DNA of 64,000 nt from Polymyxa betae A26-41 (GCA_003693705.1 RBZT01000588.1:145256-209255), one strand, 5' to 3'; positions 1-12,724 are shown, counted from the stretch's first letter. The notes: generated by a model from the letters alone, not told the origin. Numbers and translations are program-made.

Positions 1-665
1 CGACCAACGCAATCTGCATTGCAAAAATTTTTCTTGGTGATAGGTTCCCGATATGCTTCGTTTAGAAGCAATAGTTTATAGCAGTGGTAACAGGCTGCCC
101 TTTTCGTTGTAACAGTTTCTGCTTCAACCTTAAGTAATTGGAAAGATCTCGTCGCTCCTTCGTCTGGAACGGATTTTTTTTGGCGGCCCCTGAGCCATTG
201 CACTCGGGCTTCTTGGAACAAGCGTCTGCTTTTAGCCTCATCAAAGAATTCGCCATCTCCCGCGTTAGCAATCTCTTTATGATCTTCATTCTGAGTAGTA
301 ATTGGGCTCAAGGTAACCTTGCAACTTCTTTTAGGCGAAACTAACGCCTTTGGATGAGCATTGCTGACCAATCGATGAGACTCAGAAAGCATCGGTGTTT
401 TGTTTTTCAAAACTAATGGAGCTTTCTTGTCTGCTTTTTGAAGAATATTTTCTGCTAATTTGCGAATTGATATCGGACGGGAATTTTCCCAAAACAAGCC
501 TTGATTCTTCGCTCGTTTCTGATTGAACTTCAAGCGGGCTTGTTCTTGCATTTTTTGAATCAGAAGTAAGCGTCGTTCCATGTTGAGAGTCTCCTGACGC
601 AGCGAATCTGATAAATTCGCTGTAGCCGGCATTGGGCGCTGACGTTGTGTGGCGGCTTTTGACAT
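1..665 (-). CDS. Hypothetical basic/coiled-coil protein, intron-containing, 3' end uncertain (may run off window)
   Basis: ATG at 665 opens MSKAATQRQRPMPATANLSDSLRQETLNMERRLLLIQKMQEQARLKFNQ...; ORF 62..289 is likely a downstream exon; no family recognised. Confidence 0.45.
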   Translation of the reverse strand, partial: MSKAATQRQRPMPATANLSDSLRQETLNMERRLLLIQKMQEQARLKFNQKRAKNQGLFWENSRPISIRKLAENILQKADKKAPLVLKNKTPMLSESHRLVSNAHPKALVSPKRSCKVTLSPITTQNEDHKEIANAGDGEFFDEAKSRRLFQEARVQWLRGRQKKSVPDEGATRSFQLLKVEAETVTTKRAACYHCYKLLLLNEAYREPITKKNFCNADCVG

Positions 666-887
666 AGGCGCAGCTTAAGCGTTCATGACGTACATTCGAA
701 TCGTCTGTGATGAGATGTAAATGTGATCTGGATGGGAATCAAACAGGAACAGCAACGACTTATATCTCATGAAGCAGAATTATAACAAAAGCAGAGCGAC
801 ATCAGATTGTATAATAAAATAATAAGCTAAGAACAATGCAAACAACTAAGAGCTTTATGAACGAACTTCATCTCTATCACAAAACAA

Positions 888-1155
888 TCAGTAAATGCCC
901 TGATGCAAAATCTGACCGTACTTAATGGAACGAAGCAAAGTAATGATACCCGATGGCGGGACGCCTCTTTCTAATAGCATCAAGATAGGCACTAGCGCAT
1001 CGTCTTTGATGTCGACGTCAACAGCTTGGCATAGCTGTTTGAAAAGCGACACTGCCGTCAGCAGAGTCAGTTTAACCACGAAATTGGCAATGTCAGTCGA
1101 TACCTTGGGCTGGCGTTAGCTGCGACGACACCTCTTCTCCTAACTTCGATGACAT
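888..1155 (-). CDS. MOZART (gamma-tubulin ring complex microprotein) family, most like MZT2
   Basis: One GT-AG intron gives MSSKLGEEVSSQLTPAQVSLFKQLCQAVDVDIKDDALVPILMLLERGVPPSGIITLLRSIK, which matches the three-helix MOZART pattern. Confidence 0.65.
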
Positions 1156-1264
1156 CACCCTGAGAGTTGGAGCCACTGACGCCAAAACAACCTTAAATTG
1201 TAAATTGTGCGAATTTATTGAAAATGGCCTATTAATGGCTTTGATAGGAGTGCCTTGAAAGACT

Positions 1265-1795
1265 TTAGTATATCATTTCGTCTGTTTTGTGAACATTTCG
1301 TTCCAGCTTTCTCGACTGTTGCCAGGCAGCCTTGCAGTAATGCTCTGCATAGTCGACCTCTGTGAGCGAACCATTCAATGGTTCATGAGCTGGGTAGGCC
1401 ACCGGGTTGGTAATTAACTCGACCAGCATCATCCTCTGAGCCTCTCGTGGATCGACTTCAGTGATGGCGGCGCGGCCATCATCCTTAGCAGAAGTACTTC
1501 GGCTTTGCAAACCGCTCTCAAAAGGATCACTGCGATGGGGCTTGTAATGAGTCGAGGAGTCGAAATGGTCGACTTCCGTTATCTTCCCGTTCAGATTCCA
1601 ATCGAAACTGTTCGCTTTGGATTCTGAAACAGGCTCGAATTGCGGAATTTCGCTGATGCCAAAAGTAGGCTCGCCACCGCCTTTTCGATGCTCGCTGCTG
1701 AAGACTTTAGCCGTTTTTGGGACGCCCCTTTTCACAGGCAGGTCAGGTTCATAGCCATCAAACGGATGGTCGGTTGGTGGTTGGGTGAATTCCAT
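1265..1795 (-). CDS. Hypothetical 176-aa protein with three [IL]TEVD motifs
   Basis: Single-exon ORF with ATG; LNGKITEVDH, AAITEVDP, LNGSLTEVDY. Confidence 0.6.
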   Translation of the reverse strand: MEFTQPPTDHPFDGYEPDLPVKRGVPKTAKVFSSEHRKGGGEPTFGISEIPQFEPVSESKANSFDWNLNGKITEVDHFDSSTHYKPHRSDPFESGLQSRSTSAKDDGRAAITEVDPREAQRMMLVELITNPVAYPAHEPLNGSLTEVDYAEHYCKAAWQQSRKLERNVHKTDEMIY

Positions 1796-1904
1796 TCTTT
1801 GTACTAGTGAGTGGCGGAAGGCGCGTGTACCACTGTTGCATCATGCAAGTCCAGAGTAATGACGAAATTATTTTACTTCATACGATAAGCTTATTAGAAG
1901 TTGG

Positions 1905-2884
1905 CTAAGTCGAAGAATCGGTTTGTAGCTGTCCTGGTAAGAGGGGATCTTTTACTGTGGAGCTAGTTGCTGGTTCATGAATATCACTACACTTCTGAAG
2001 GTCCTCCGATATCTGAAGGTTTTCTCGTTCGGCTTTGATGGCTGCAACACGAGCGATTTGTTGATTCTGTCTGGTCTGTGAGTATGTAAAATATATCCTA
2101 GCATTATTCAATGCACCTTCTTTTCGGTTTCTTGTTTAGTCCATTCGACAATATCTGTTTGTGTTCGGCTTTGCAGCTGATCGTGGCGCTCCGATATGGC
2201 TTTCTCAAGCCATTGAAGTCCTTCGATAATGTTTACATCTGGTGTTGTCCTATTTTCAACATAGGCACTATAATACACAGTTGGAGATTCTCCCTAACCA
2301 AATTAAGCGAAACCTACATGCATCCTTGTACGTGATATGGTGTCTGAACGAAGGCTCCCATATCAAGGCTTTTACTGATTTCATCAGCTGTCAAATGGTC
2401 AGCTAGATCCTGTTTGTTTGCCAATCTACAACATATTATTATAACAAAAGGCAACTTTGAAAAAGGGCGAACATCAGTATTGGTTTCCCAGCAACTTTAG
2501 GATTTCTAACAGCTTCATGCAGAGCGACTTTTGATTCGTCCAGACGCTGCAAATCGGAGGAATCGATGACAAATATAACGCCATGAAGCTGGCCTGATCT
2601 TGATAAGGCGAAAATGACATATTTTCAGTTCTGCGAACCTCGTGATAGTAATTGCTCCAGTATTTCCGAATTGACGAACTGCCCCCAAGATCGAAGATCG
2701 TCATGCGCATTCGACCGAACGTCGTCGTAAAGCTGCTGAAGCCGAGCGTGGGCGTCACCAGTGCTTGATAATCGCCCGTTATCTGATTAACCACGCTCGA
2801 CTTCCCTGCATTATCTAACCCAACAACTGCAACTTTAATCTTGGTTCGCCGTCGTATAGGGCAGGAGCTATTACAGATACCCAT
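1905..2884 (-). CDS. ARL13: Ciliary Arf-like GTPase ARL13
   Basis: GLDNAGKS P-loop; DLGG switch II (Gly replaces the catalytic Gln, diagnostic of ARL13); ANKQD exon near 2410-2425; C-terminal coiled coil QIARVAAIKAERE; N-terminal Cys. Confidence 0.88.
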
Positions 2885-3977
2885 GGCCTAAAATGGCTCT
2901 GTACGATAATCCTGAGACTGCACGATTGGTGTGATGTGCAATTCTTCAAACGGCGAAAAGCAGACGAGATTAGGGTATAAACCATTTGGATTTATTTAGA
3001 AACAGGGGAAGGTGTTCTTGATAATCCTCAGACAGCGTTTGCAGGACGCAAGGTCTCAATCTTGAGGGTGTGCACGAACTGGGTTCACACCAGTTATTGA
3101 AATAACCGGATCAGATCATGGAATCACACCCCTAAGTTCACAGCTGTTCATCATCAGATCCAGAACACCGAATGTCTAGCCGTTAAAACCGGCCCAAGCG
3201 ACTCCTAACGGCTAGGCATATGAATGCGACGCCATTCAATGGAAGACAGCTCGTCTATGTCGACCAGCGCCACCATAATCCAAATGGCATCCAATGTCCA
3301 ACATGCAGACTGACCTGAAAACTGCGGTCACAAGCAAATTCGAACTACCGTAGCGGAGATTGCCTGAATGTTGCCAAGTCGATTATATTAGCGCGGGCTC
3401 TCATATACTGAATGCCTAAAATTGTACAGAAATTGCAAATCATCACATCTGGATACCATCTGATTACATTCTGCTTTCAGATTGAGATGAGCTCTTTAAC
3501 CTGCCAGAATCTTGCATCCGTAAGGCGGTCACGTTTCACAGGCTCGTTTTTGTATCAAATCAGCCAGTATCTAGTAACATCGAATCCGCATACATAATAC
3601 ATCTATCCGGATTCTCTTGCAATCATAGTCACATTGAGAACTGTTTTTCAAGTTGACAATCCATAGTGTATTTCCTGGACTCAGTATATCTGTTCTGAAA
3701 TGAAAGGCGTGGCGTCGTACTCATTGAGTGAGCGTTCAGATTGGAATGCTATGAGACAGAATTGCCTATATTATCATGTGTTCATCCGCAAATCGACAGT
3801 TTCATAAACGATGTCTGTTTTATTCTGGCCTTCAACACATTTTGTCTCATGATCTTCGTAATGAAACACGATTCAGGGATATGCGGTGTCTGTTTGTATT
3901 GCGAATGCGACCCCCTGCTATTCCTGTAGGGCTTTCATGTGTTAAATTACAACCAAGGCTGTCTGTGATCGCCTCTT

Positions 3978-5807
3978 ATGCCGCCAACCCAGGACGACTT
4001 CTACCGATCATTTCTCAATTGGTCGGCGCCCATCGGCTGCCCACAGCCAGATCCTGAGCTTTTCCGGAATCTAGCCAGAGGCAATGGCGCCCATTTCTTA
4101 CGGCTTCTTGTAGAGTATGTTCGGCCGCTCGAAACTGTATCTCATGTGCACAACACATTGAGACTTCATTCTGCTAATGCTCCTGACGAGCCAGTACTCG
4201 AACAGGTTGCCTGTTTACTCTATATTGCCAGCCTGATTGTCTGATGTTAGTTTAGAATGCTACCGATAAGAAGGATAGCGAAAAGCTGGCATTTCTTAGA
4301 AGGTCACATACGGCAACCATCAAGGAAATTGATTATCTAAACCAGAAGCAATCGCAGTTAGAGCGGTCTATCAGAAGACTCTCTACTTCAGCCGTCTTAT
4401 TAGAGCGTGCTTGCCTTAAAAACAGTCGCGACCAAGTTCAGCCGATTGAAAATCTCACAGAATGCTTTACGTCTATCTCTAAGAGAAAATATGGCTTTTC
4501 TGAAAAGAAAACTATTATTTCAATGGGCGACTCCGGTCGTCTGGAGACATCCGATCCGATTCGCTCCACTTTACAAAGATTGTATGAAACCTTTTCCAAC
4601 GATCATACGAAAACTGTCACAATTCCTTTGCCATTTCCACCGAGTGCTAATCTCGTTGAAATCGCTATCAAAATTTCACGAGACCATCTAGCGCTTTTGC
4701 AGCAAAACATCTCGCTTCCAGAAACTGCCGAGCCTGCCAAATCAAATACCCCAGTATCATTGTGTCAGCTTATGCAAGACTCTCGAGATGCTCACATTGA
4801 CCGTTTCTTCGATGCTTTGGAGAAAATGAATTTAGCGCGAGACGCAAAAAATCGCTGTGAAGGTGCATCGGCTCCAGAATTGTTACGTCGTCAGATTCGG
4901 CTTCGCGCGCGTCTGGATTGCTTAAACAAGCACATTAATCGCTGCGAGGAAAATCTTTCCAGAGCTCAAGCGGACTACAAACATCTTCATGATTCTCTCG
5001 ATGCCATCTCAAAGCTCGATGCCGCACGAGAAAGGCTTCATCAACAACTCGTCACAATAATCAGGGCTAATCGTGAGTTGCGCTCGAAGCTAACACAGAA
5101 ACAGACACAATGTCGATCGAATGAAACCTTGATCAAATCAGCAATTAAAACCGTCACTGATCGTCGTGCTCGTTTAAAGAACTGCTTCGAAATCGAAACA
5201 AAGTCCATCCTGCAATTGTCGGAATCTGATCAGTCATTGATTTCTGATCTGGATGACGTCTTGTGGCAAAATACTGCTGGCAATCTAGGCTTGAACGCCT
5301 GTCAGTCCTGTCATCCTCTTTCGATTCTCTTCAGTGTTCGATCATGGTTCGAAAAGTTCTCCGCGCTGCAGATCTCGAATACGGTTGGATCACTGCTACT
5401 AGCAGCTGCAAAAAATGTTCAATCTGGTGACGTCGAAGGTTGGTTACTTTTTTTATCTACTAAGGACAAGTAATTTCAATGCCGGTATAGGTTTGAAAAT
5501 TCGGTGTAGAGACCTGCATGCCAGTTCTGAAAGAACAATGGTCGATTTTAACTCTACTCTGAAATTGCTAGAGAATCTAGACAAAGAATCGGATCATTAT
5601 CGGGAATTGTTAAGGAATTGGTAAAACCGAATTGCTTTCGTCATCACGAAAGGATCTGAGAAGTTTTCCAGGTGGGAGCAGCCAGCTCAGCACACAGTCC
5701 CAGATGAGCAGCGATTAGGCTTAAACATCAGTAGCTGGATACATCGGAGAAGGAAGCTGGTGGCTGAACTTCAACGAGACGTTGGAAGGAGAACAGCTTT
5801 GGTGTAA
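3978..5807 (+). CDS. HAUS5: Augmin/HAUS complex subunit 5
   Basis: N-terminal FRNLARGNGAHFLRLLVEYVRPLETVSHVHNTLRLH; long coiled coil; C-terminal spliced W-WEQPAQHTVP...SSW motif typical of HAUS5/AUG5. Confidence 0.8.
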
Positions 5808-5831
5808 ATAAAGCCAGATAGATGTATTTAT

Positions 5832-6213
5832 CTAGAACCCCATCTTGTCTAACAAATCAACACATTCCTGCCTCCAATTGCCCATTATTCTTATCTCGTG
5901 TTCGTCGCCGGATTTAGCTCCTTTCGCTACATATAATTCGCCGAACTCTTGTCTGAGAACTGCTTCAAAGGTCGCAAGATCGCCTTCAACCCCTCGAATA
6001 ACAGTTGCAACAGAGCCTAGCTTGACATCACGCCTACTTCTGTCTTCTAAATACACAGGAAGTGTGCCTAGAACAGTCCTTGAAATCTAGCCCATGCCAT
6101 CAAAAAGTGAACATGCAAATGTATGGGTTTCAGGCTGCACGTACATGGAAGGGCAACTTGCGCTTGATTTGACTGGATGTGTGTATTAATCGGATGCCCA
6201 ACCAGCGATGCAT
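5832..6213 (-). CDS. MRPL49: Mitochondrial ribosomal protein L49 (Img2)
   Basis: Spliced LPFH-ISRTVLGTLPVY...TVIRGVEGD...LDKMGF C-terminus; Arg-rich presequence. Confidence 0.88.
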
Positions 6214-6441
6214 CTAGTAGATGGTACAATATGGCTTAACAACACGAGCTCTCAGAAATTCCAACAAAATCCGAGATGTCGACAGAATTCCCGCACACTT
6301 CCGGTATTGATGAGCAATTGCCAATTGTAGACGCTCATGCTCATGGCTCCGAAAAATGGATCTAAGAGCAAATCTGTTCCTATTAACTGAAATGGAATTA
6401 AGCCAACCTAAGTTGGATTTACGATTTATTAAAAAAATATA

Positions 6442-7700
6442 TTATTTCTTTCGCGATCCACCCTGACTTGAGGCTAGAATTTGCACCATTCGAATAAATA
6501 TATTCAGAATATTGAAATAAACTGTATACGACTTTTGTATAAAGTCAGGATCCGGATCTTGGTTATATTTGGCCTCTTCAATCATTAGCTGGGTATCATA
6601 CAAAACCAAGCCACCTAAACGGACCACGTTCAGTAACCACAGAATTCATTTTCGGGAGAAACCAACCGAAGACAGCAAGGCCACCGTAAAGAGAAATCGA
6701 CTGAGCAATGTTGAAGGCTGCTCTGAACAGCAAATTAAATTGAATCTGAATGCAGTTGAAAAACAGGGTTTACCCTGTTACCGGTAAGAAAACGCCTGCG
6801 ACTGATGACAGAGCGACAACAGTTAGACCAGCGAACAACGGACCTCCCTACAGATAATTCGGAATAAATGACGATTAGTAATGGGAAACACATTCTCACC
6901 AAATAAAGGAATTTAGCCTCCTCAGCGTTGATAGCAATAAGCGAAAGAGAGCCAATGATACCGGCTGTGTATAACCCGGCACGGTAGAGAATAGGTCGAG
7001 GAACGAATAACAATGGCGAAAGAGACAATGCGCCAACTGTGGCCATCGAAGCTCCCCATGCTATGTGCTTAAGTATAGGATGCTCCTTATGTGAAAGCGA
7101 GCTTGCTAAGAATGTCGTTCCTAAGACAGCTGCTAACGACCCGCCCAGAAACATGATCGGATTCGCATGTAGAATACGAACAGCAATCTAAAAACTGTAA
7201 GACGAGCGCTGCTATCGATTAGTCGTACATACGCCTGATCGGAAGGCACCGACAGCAGAGGCAGCTGTGATAGCGAGCCCGCCAGCAACATAGGTGTAGG
7301 TTCCTTTCAAGTAATTGTGAACTGAGGGGGTGATAACCGCCTTGGTGCCTGCAGAAACTGATTCATCGTGTTGGTTAAGTGCATGGTTTAATATCAGATA
7401 TGTTGACAGCATTAAACCGCCAGCGCCCACTATGTACGAATAAGCTACGTAAATACACAATACTACACAAGATAAATTACGAAGGGTGAACGTAGAATTT
7501 GCTGGTGATGGTTGAAGAGCCTGAGGCGGATAGCCAAACGCTCTCCGAGTAACGGGGAGTTTCAAGGATTGCTGCCTTAGACCTAAAGTGCCCCTGTAGC
7601 AACTTCAAAATCTGCCCACAGCCAACAATGAAGTAGCGGACAGAGACGAGACCAGCCGAGGCATTCCGATTGAACGCTTGATCGGCATTCGGGAGACCAT
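6442..7700 (-). CDS. GHITM: Bax inhibitor-1 family mitochondrial membrane protein (GHITM/MICS1/TMBIM5-like)
   Basis: YLKGTYTYVAGGL, KHIAW, RAGLYTAGIIGSLS...EAKFLY, GLVLYDTQ, NIFIRMVQIL...GSRKK; several introns. Confidence 0.87.
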
Positions 7701-8229
7701 AGCTAATCTAAACTGCATGATGCTTCGCAAGATGGTAAGAAGCTCCAACCCTATATTATTGAAATGGCGACAGAAATTCAATGATCACAGAAAGCAATGA
7801 TTTTAGGGGCGCGGCCTCTCAGTTAGAAATCTCGAATCGGAATGTTCTCTCGTTGACAAACTCTTCAGACTGAATCAATGATACTTGCAGCTTTCTCTGA
7901 AGTTTCCAGTAATAACTGTACCGAAACACAGCGGATCCCCAAAAGTATGACTCAAGAGCTTCCAGAAACATCGTTTAGGTTGAATCGGACAACCGAAGAC
8001 TGCTCCGCTCATTCGATTTCGATTTTCAAATCTACACACTTATTAGGAGTAGCATTGTGACTCAGAAGCTGTAATGCATCCGATGAGGTATTCAGTCCTT
8101 CAGTATGGTGATTAATTTCATTCATGTACCGGTACGACGAAGAGAATGTTACGCAGGCTTTAAGTTGCGCTTGTCCCCTCTTCTGGGTTCTCGTTGAATT
8201 CCAGTATCCTTCATTGTGAGCCATTCATA

Positions 8230-9156
8230 ATGGGTACCGAGACTGCTCCAGAGCAGGGTACTTGGCTACCATTAGAATGCAATCCGGAACTGATTTCTGA
8301 CTATCTATGCAAGCTTGGTATTCAGACGACAGTCGGCCTTTTTGTTTTTTTCGTCTCATACTGATTGCAGGTGTGAAGGAGGACGAGATCCAATGTGCAG
8401 ACATTTATGGGATAGATCCTGATTTACTGCAAATGGTCCCTAGCGGCGTCGTCGCCGTTCTGACTCTGTTTCCTATATCGGATGCTTCCGAAAAGCATCG
8501 TCGTAAAGAGCAAACTGATATTGAGAACAATAAGCTCTGCCAGAATGTTGCATTTACTGTCATTTGCGTTTTCGAATTCATGACCAATGAGCCTTAGGTT
8601 CCTGAAAGAGTCTGGTTCACGGAACAGAAAGTCCCAAATGCTTGTGGAACAATCGGGTTGCTGCATGCCGTTTTTAACAATCTTCAACATTTCAGGTGCC
8701 AGATGCGTGCCTGTTTTTCATATCATTGCGTGTTAATCGTATTCAAGTTTTCGCCCAGAATCGTTTCTAGATAAATTCTACAACGAAACTCGGAATAAGT
8801 CCCCGAGTCAGAAGGCTGAAACTTTATCCGGTAATCGAATGGCTGAACTCATACATCAAGAATTTGCTGGTTCGTACATGGATCGTGATGCACGATTGTT
8901 AACTTACCCGATAACAGCTCAAGGGCAATCCGAAGTGCCAGAAAACGTAGAAAACGTCAATCTGCATTTCAATGCATTAGTGTGCGTCGACGGTCGATTA
9001 ATTGAACTCGACGGTCGTAAGAAGCAACCTATCGACCATGGGTCGACTACTATCCAGAGTTTTCTGCAAGATGCTGCTCAGGTTATCAAGAAATTCATGG
9101 AACGGGATCCAGAAAATATCCAATTTTCCATGGTCGCGCTGGTAGCTAACAGTTAG
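8230..9156 (+). CDS. Ubiquitin C-terminal hydrolase (peptidase C12, UCH-L3-like)
   Basis: WLPLECNPE, QKVPNACGTIGLLHA catalytic Cys, LHFNALV...LIELDGRK, QFSMVAL. Confidence 0.93.
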
Positions 9157-9524
9157 CTCTGAGCTCTTTATTGGTGTCACATTGTTTTAGATTATGTATT
9201 ATAGCAGCAATAAACAGGTAAAGACAACGTCTGGTTTACAGATGCAATAATCAGAGAAATGTGTTCAACTCAGACCCTAGCAAGGGACAACGCGCTCGCC
9301 TGGGTGAAAAAAAATCCTTACCAATCTAATCCGCCTTGGTTCTGGTATGAATTTTACACTATATTAGTAAACGAAAGCATACGAAAAATTCAAAAGATCG
9401 CCGAAATGTTGAAGGCAACCTCTGTCAATGCCGTCGATCGTTGCGATTGTCTGTCTGTTATCTGGTCACGGGTTAAAGTCTGTGACAGCGCGAACCACAT
9501 TGAATCAGTAATCACAGATTCATC

Positions 9525-9977
9525 ATGGAAGGCCAGGCTTTGAGTCATCGTCGCCAGCTTCAGATCCAACTGAAACAGGCCGGTCTTCGCGCTACTGGAA
9601 AGGTTCTATAGGATTCTGGATTCGACGTTAGTGATTATAATACAAATCTACAGACGTCCGAGCTTGAAGCGCGCCTAGCTGAATATAACTTGACGAAATC
9701 TACTAAGTCAAGTAGGAGAGGCGAGAAGTTGCTGAAAGTATCTTTTTCTCCACATCATAATATTAAGATAATTGAAAATTGCCTGGACAAGTCGGATGGT
9801 ACTGTTTTAATCCGCATGCCGTTTCGGTGTTGTTTAGGAATTCTTTCAGAAGAGGGAGAATCAAGCGATTTTGATGACACAGAACACATTAATGAGGACC
9901 AGAACGAACAAAACGAATGGAGCGGATGGGTTCGAGCAACTTTCGAGAGTATGATACCCCAGATGAGGTGGTTCTGA
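9525..9977 (+). CDS. Small SAP-domain protein
   Basis: Spliced MEGQALSHRRQLQIQLKQAGLRATGK-TSELEARLAEY fits the SAP helix-loop-helix; acidic stretch and amphipathic tail WSGWVRATF follow. Confidence 0.6.
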
Positions 9978-10016
9978 TATTCTTTAATGCGATTGTACAT
10001 GTTCAGCTTTCTGTCA

Positions 10017-10442
10017 CTATATATTTCGATAAAAGTACAAAGGTGGTTGACTAACTAAACGTTGTCGTGATTTTACAGAAAATCTTGTCCTAACAGCCCT
10101 CATGGTTTCTGTGACAGCTTTTCGTTCAGCAATCTCAGACGGACTCGGTCCTTTCTGCCGTTGAACCGATACCAATTGCCTGTTGGTACTCATCTGGGTG
10201 ACGATATGGTGTAGATCTAAAAGTGTTGGAATCTTTGATTGGCGCCTTTTGTGCTGTACCAAGAAACTGGGATTGGGAGTCTTGTTCCCTGGGGCCTGCT
10301 CCTCCTTGCCGGGCTTAGTTTTGCATCTGATATGAGTGGTTTGAGCTTCGTATCTATGAATGGTGTATGGAATATTTATGCTGGTATCTGAAAATGACTT
10401 CGTGTCATGTGATGCTTTCTGTTCCTTTGAGACCGCGACCAT
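10017..10442 (-). CDS. Hypothetical protein
   Basis: 141-aa ATG-initiated ORF; no recognisable motif. Confidence 0.3.
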   Translation of the reverse strand: MVAVSKEQKASHDTKSFSDTSINIPYTIHRYEAQTTHIRCKTKPGKEEQAPGNKTPNPSFLVQHKRRQSKIPTLLDLHHIVTQMSTNRQLVSVQRQKGPSPSEIAERKAVTETMRAVRTRFSVKSRQRLVSQPPLYFYRNI

Positions 10443-10498
10443 TGTAAGACTGCTGAAAGAATAAGGATACGATCAATTGGATATCTCGAGATATTACA

Positions 10499-10774
10499 TC
10501 ATTTCCTGGGGTTCAAGACGTCTTTGAGATATTCTAACACAATGAGAAATAAATTCATATCATATTCGATATAAAGGATGAATGAAATAATCGCGAGCAT
10601 GATCACGATAATAATGAGGTCAAACTGGGTCCTCGTTCCTATCAGCGGTTCGCTATATTCGTCTGGAATCTGGGTCAAGGCGGCTTCAAATTGCTTCTTG
10701 CGCTGCTCCAGATAGGGTCGAAGTCGTGAGCGAACCCATTGTCCACCAACGGAGTCGCTCCTGGTTGAAGTCAT
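10499..10774 (-). CDS. Small single-pass membrane protein
   Basis: ORF with hydrophobic segment FDLIIIVIMLAIISFILYI. Confidence 0.55.
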   Translation of the reverse strand: MTSTRSDSVGGQWVRSRLRPYLEQRKKQFEAALTQIPDEYSEPLIGTRTQFDLIIIVIMLAIISFILYIEYDMNLFLIVLEYLKDVLNPRK

Positions 10775-10949
10775 CAAATAAATACGTACAGAACCGCAGT
10801 GAGCCTCTCACTGTGTTGTGAAAGAGCTGTCACAGATTTTCGAAATCCGGACTCTGAATGTTTGCATTAAGTGTGATACAGCATTATGAGTTTATGATAT
10901 TATTGTTGGTTAAACAGTTTAGGAGTTTCACAGACGTTGACAGATGTTA

Positions 10950-12724
10950 TCATAGTTCATCACGAAATTGTTCGGGCTGGGATAGTTCTGATAATTCCGA
11001 ATTTAACTTATCAGCTTCTGCTTGGGAACAGGCCGCAGGAGTCTCAAACTGCATTTCGTAAACGCAGGTGCTGGGTTCGTGAACTGAAACGATCTGGTTC
11101 CGCAATCCACAACTCAACTTTACCTAAAAACATTCAACATCAACTTTTGGTTGAATGTCTTACGTACCTGTACAGATCTTTCAGGACCGTTCCAGCATCT
11201 CTGCCCGTGATCAAAAAGCCATTCGGAATAACCATTACTCCATGTTTGAAATGAACTGAAACGCAACGTGAATTACCATGCAATGCGAATTCATAAGAAT
11301 ACCCAAGAGATGTGGTCTGGCTCTCAATCTGTGATGCCTCCTTGAACGGGCACAGTTCATAGGTATACTTTTCATGAGTTGTGGTGAAGCATTCTGATTG
11401 CAGTGCACGATATGCATCGTTGGGGCCATAATCAATGGATAACATTCTACTAAGGTCATCAACTTCTTTCTCCAGCGAAGTAAGCTGGTTTTCGGCGTCG
11501 TTAAAGGCACGGCGAGCCTCTTTCGCAGCTGGAAAAATCATTTAGAGTTTAAATAAGAATCGCTTGTAAAAATGGTCAAATTAGCAGATAATGTGAAAGG
11601 TTGGTAAAAACGCCGAAAGCTGTGCATGAAATACACATGCCTTCAGCAGGGGGTTTTTGAGTTCCCTTAAAGAAGTCAACAAGAAAAGGAGGTAACTTGG
11701 CGAGCATATTATCAAGAAAAGGAGGCAACTTGGCGAGAATATCACCAAGCATACCTTTAGCTGTCAAGCTTTCAGGTTCGGTAGATTCGGTTTCTACTGT
11801 TTGCGAAGATTCGTCTTCTTGAGCGTCTTCAGATCCTTCCTCTTCAGCTTCTGCCGCAACATCAGCACTGGTTTCACCACGCTGATTCTGAGGGGCATAT
11901 TGTTCCGGATATGGAAAGGATGATTCTGAATTCTGATTTCCTTCAGGCGAATTACCAGAGTAAGCATATTGCTCGGGATAAGGAAATGATGACGAGTGAG
12001 ATTGCGAATTGGTCTCTGTTTCTTTTTCCTTGGAATCACTTTGGATTTCTTTTTCAGAATCTTTGGTATTTTCGGCTTCAGAGTGACCTTTCTGTGGCTC
12101 TTGATTGTCTTTCTCGGCTTTGGCAATTGCATCAGCATTGTCTTTCTCGGCTTTGGCAGCTGCATCAGCTATTTCAACTTGACGTCGAAGATTCTCAAGT
12201 TCAGATTTCCTGGCCTCAATGCCCGATTGTAATTCCGCTAATTGTCTTGCTTGTTTGTCCTTCATAGCTGCACCAGAAATCAACAACTTCTGCTTCTCTT
12301 TCAATCCTGTTTTTATGGTCGAAGACAGGTTCTCAAGATGCTCCTTAATGGTTTTCCCTTCCTGTTCACATGTGGAAGGACAGCTTCTTAGTACGAGGTA
12401 TTCGTCGCTGCCATCGCAGCAATCGCATATACCATCATTCACTCTCCAGGATTCGATTCGAGCAGCCTTTGATCCAATGTTCTTGCAAAAAAATGTCCCA
12501 TTAGAGCAGGCTGAAGTGCCAGGTTCATCTTCCCCTTTGTCAGGGCAATCGCAATACTCATCATTCACTTTGGAAATCGGAATTGAGCCTTTCCCTTGAC
12601 ACGAAATGGTCGATCTCGAATATAGATCGTAAAATACTGGGTCTACACCGAAGCGGGCATCGAGAGAAGCGGACGTTAGGGACGCGACAACTAACAATAC
12701 GACCGAGACGATCGGATACGACAT
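10950..12724 (-). CDS. PRKCSH: Glucosidase II beta subunit (PRKCSH/GTB1)
   Basis: Signal peptide; VNDEYCDC...DEPGTSAC...VNDGICDCCDGSDE; MRH domain YTYELCPF...GQRCWNGPERS...EPSTCVY; C-terminal ER-retention RDEL. Confidence 0.95.

Noticed and set aside
2900-3970. Short ORFs in the 1-kb gap between ARL13 and HAUS5
   Set aside because: No motif or coherent exon chain; treated as intergenic
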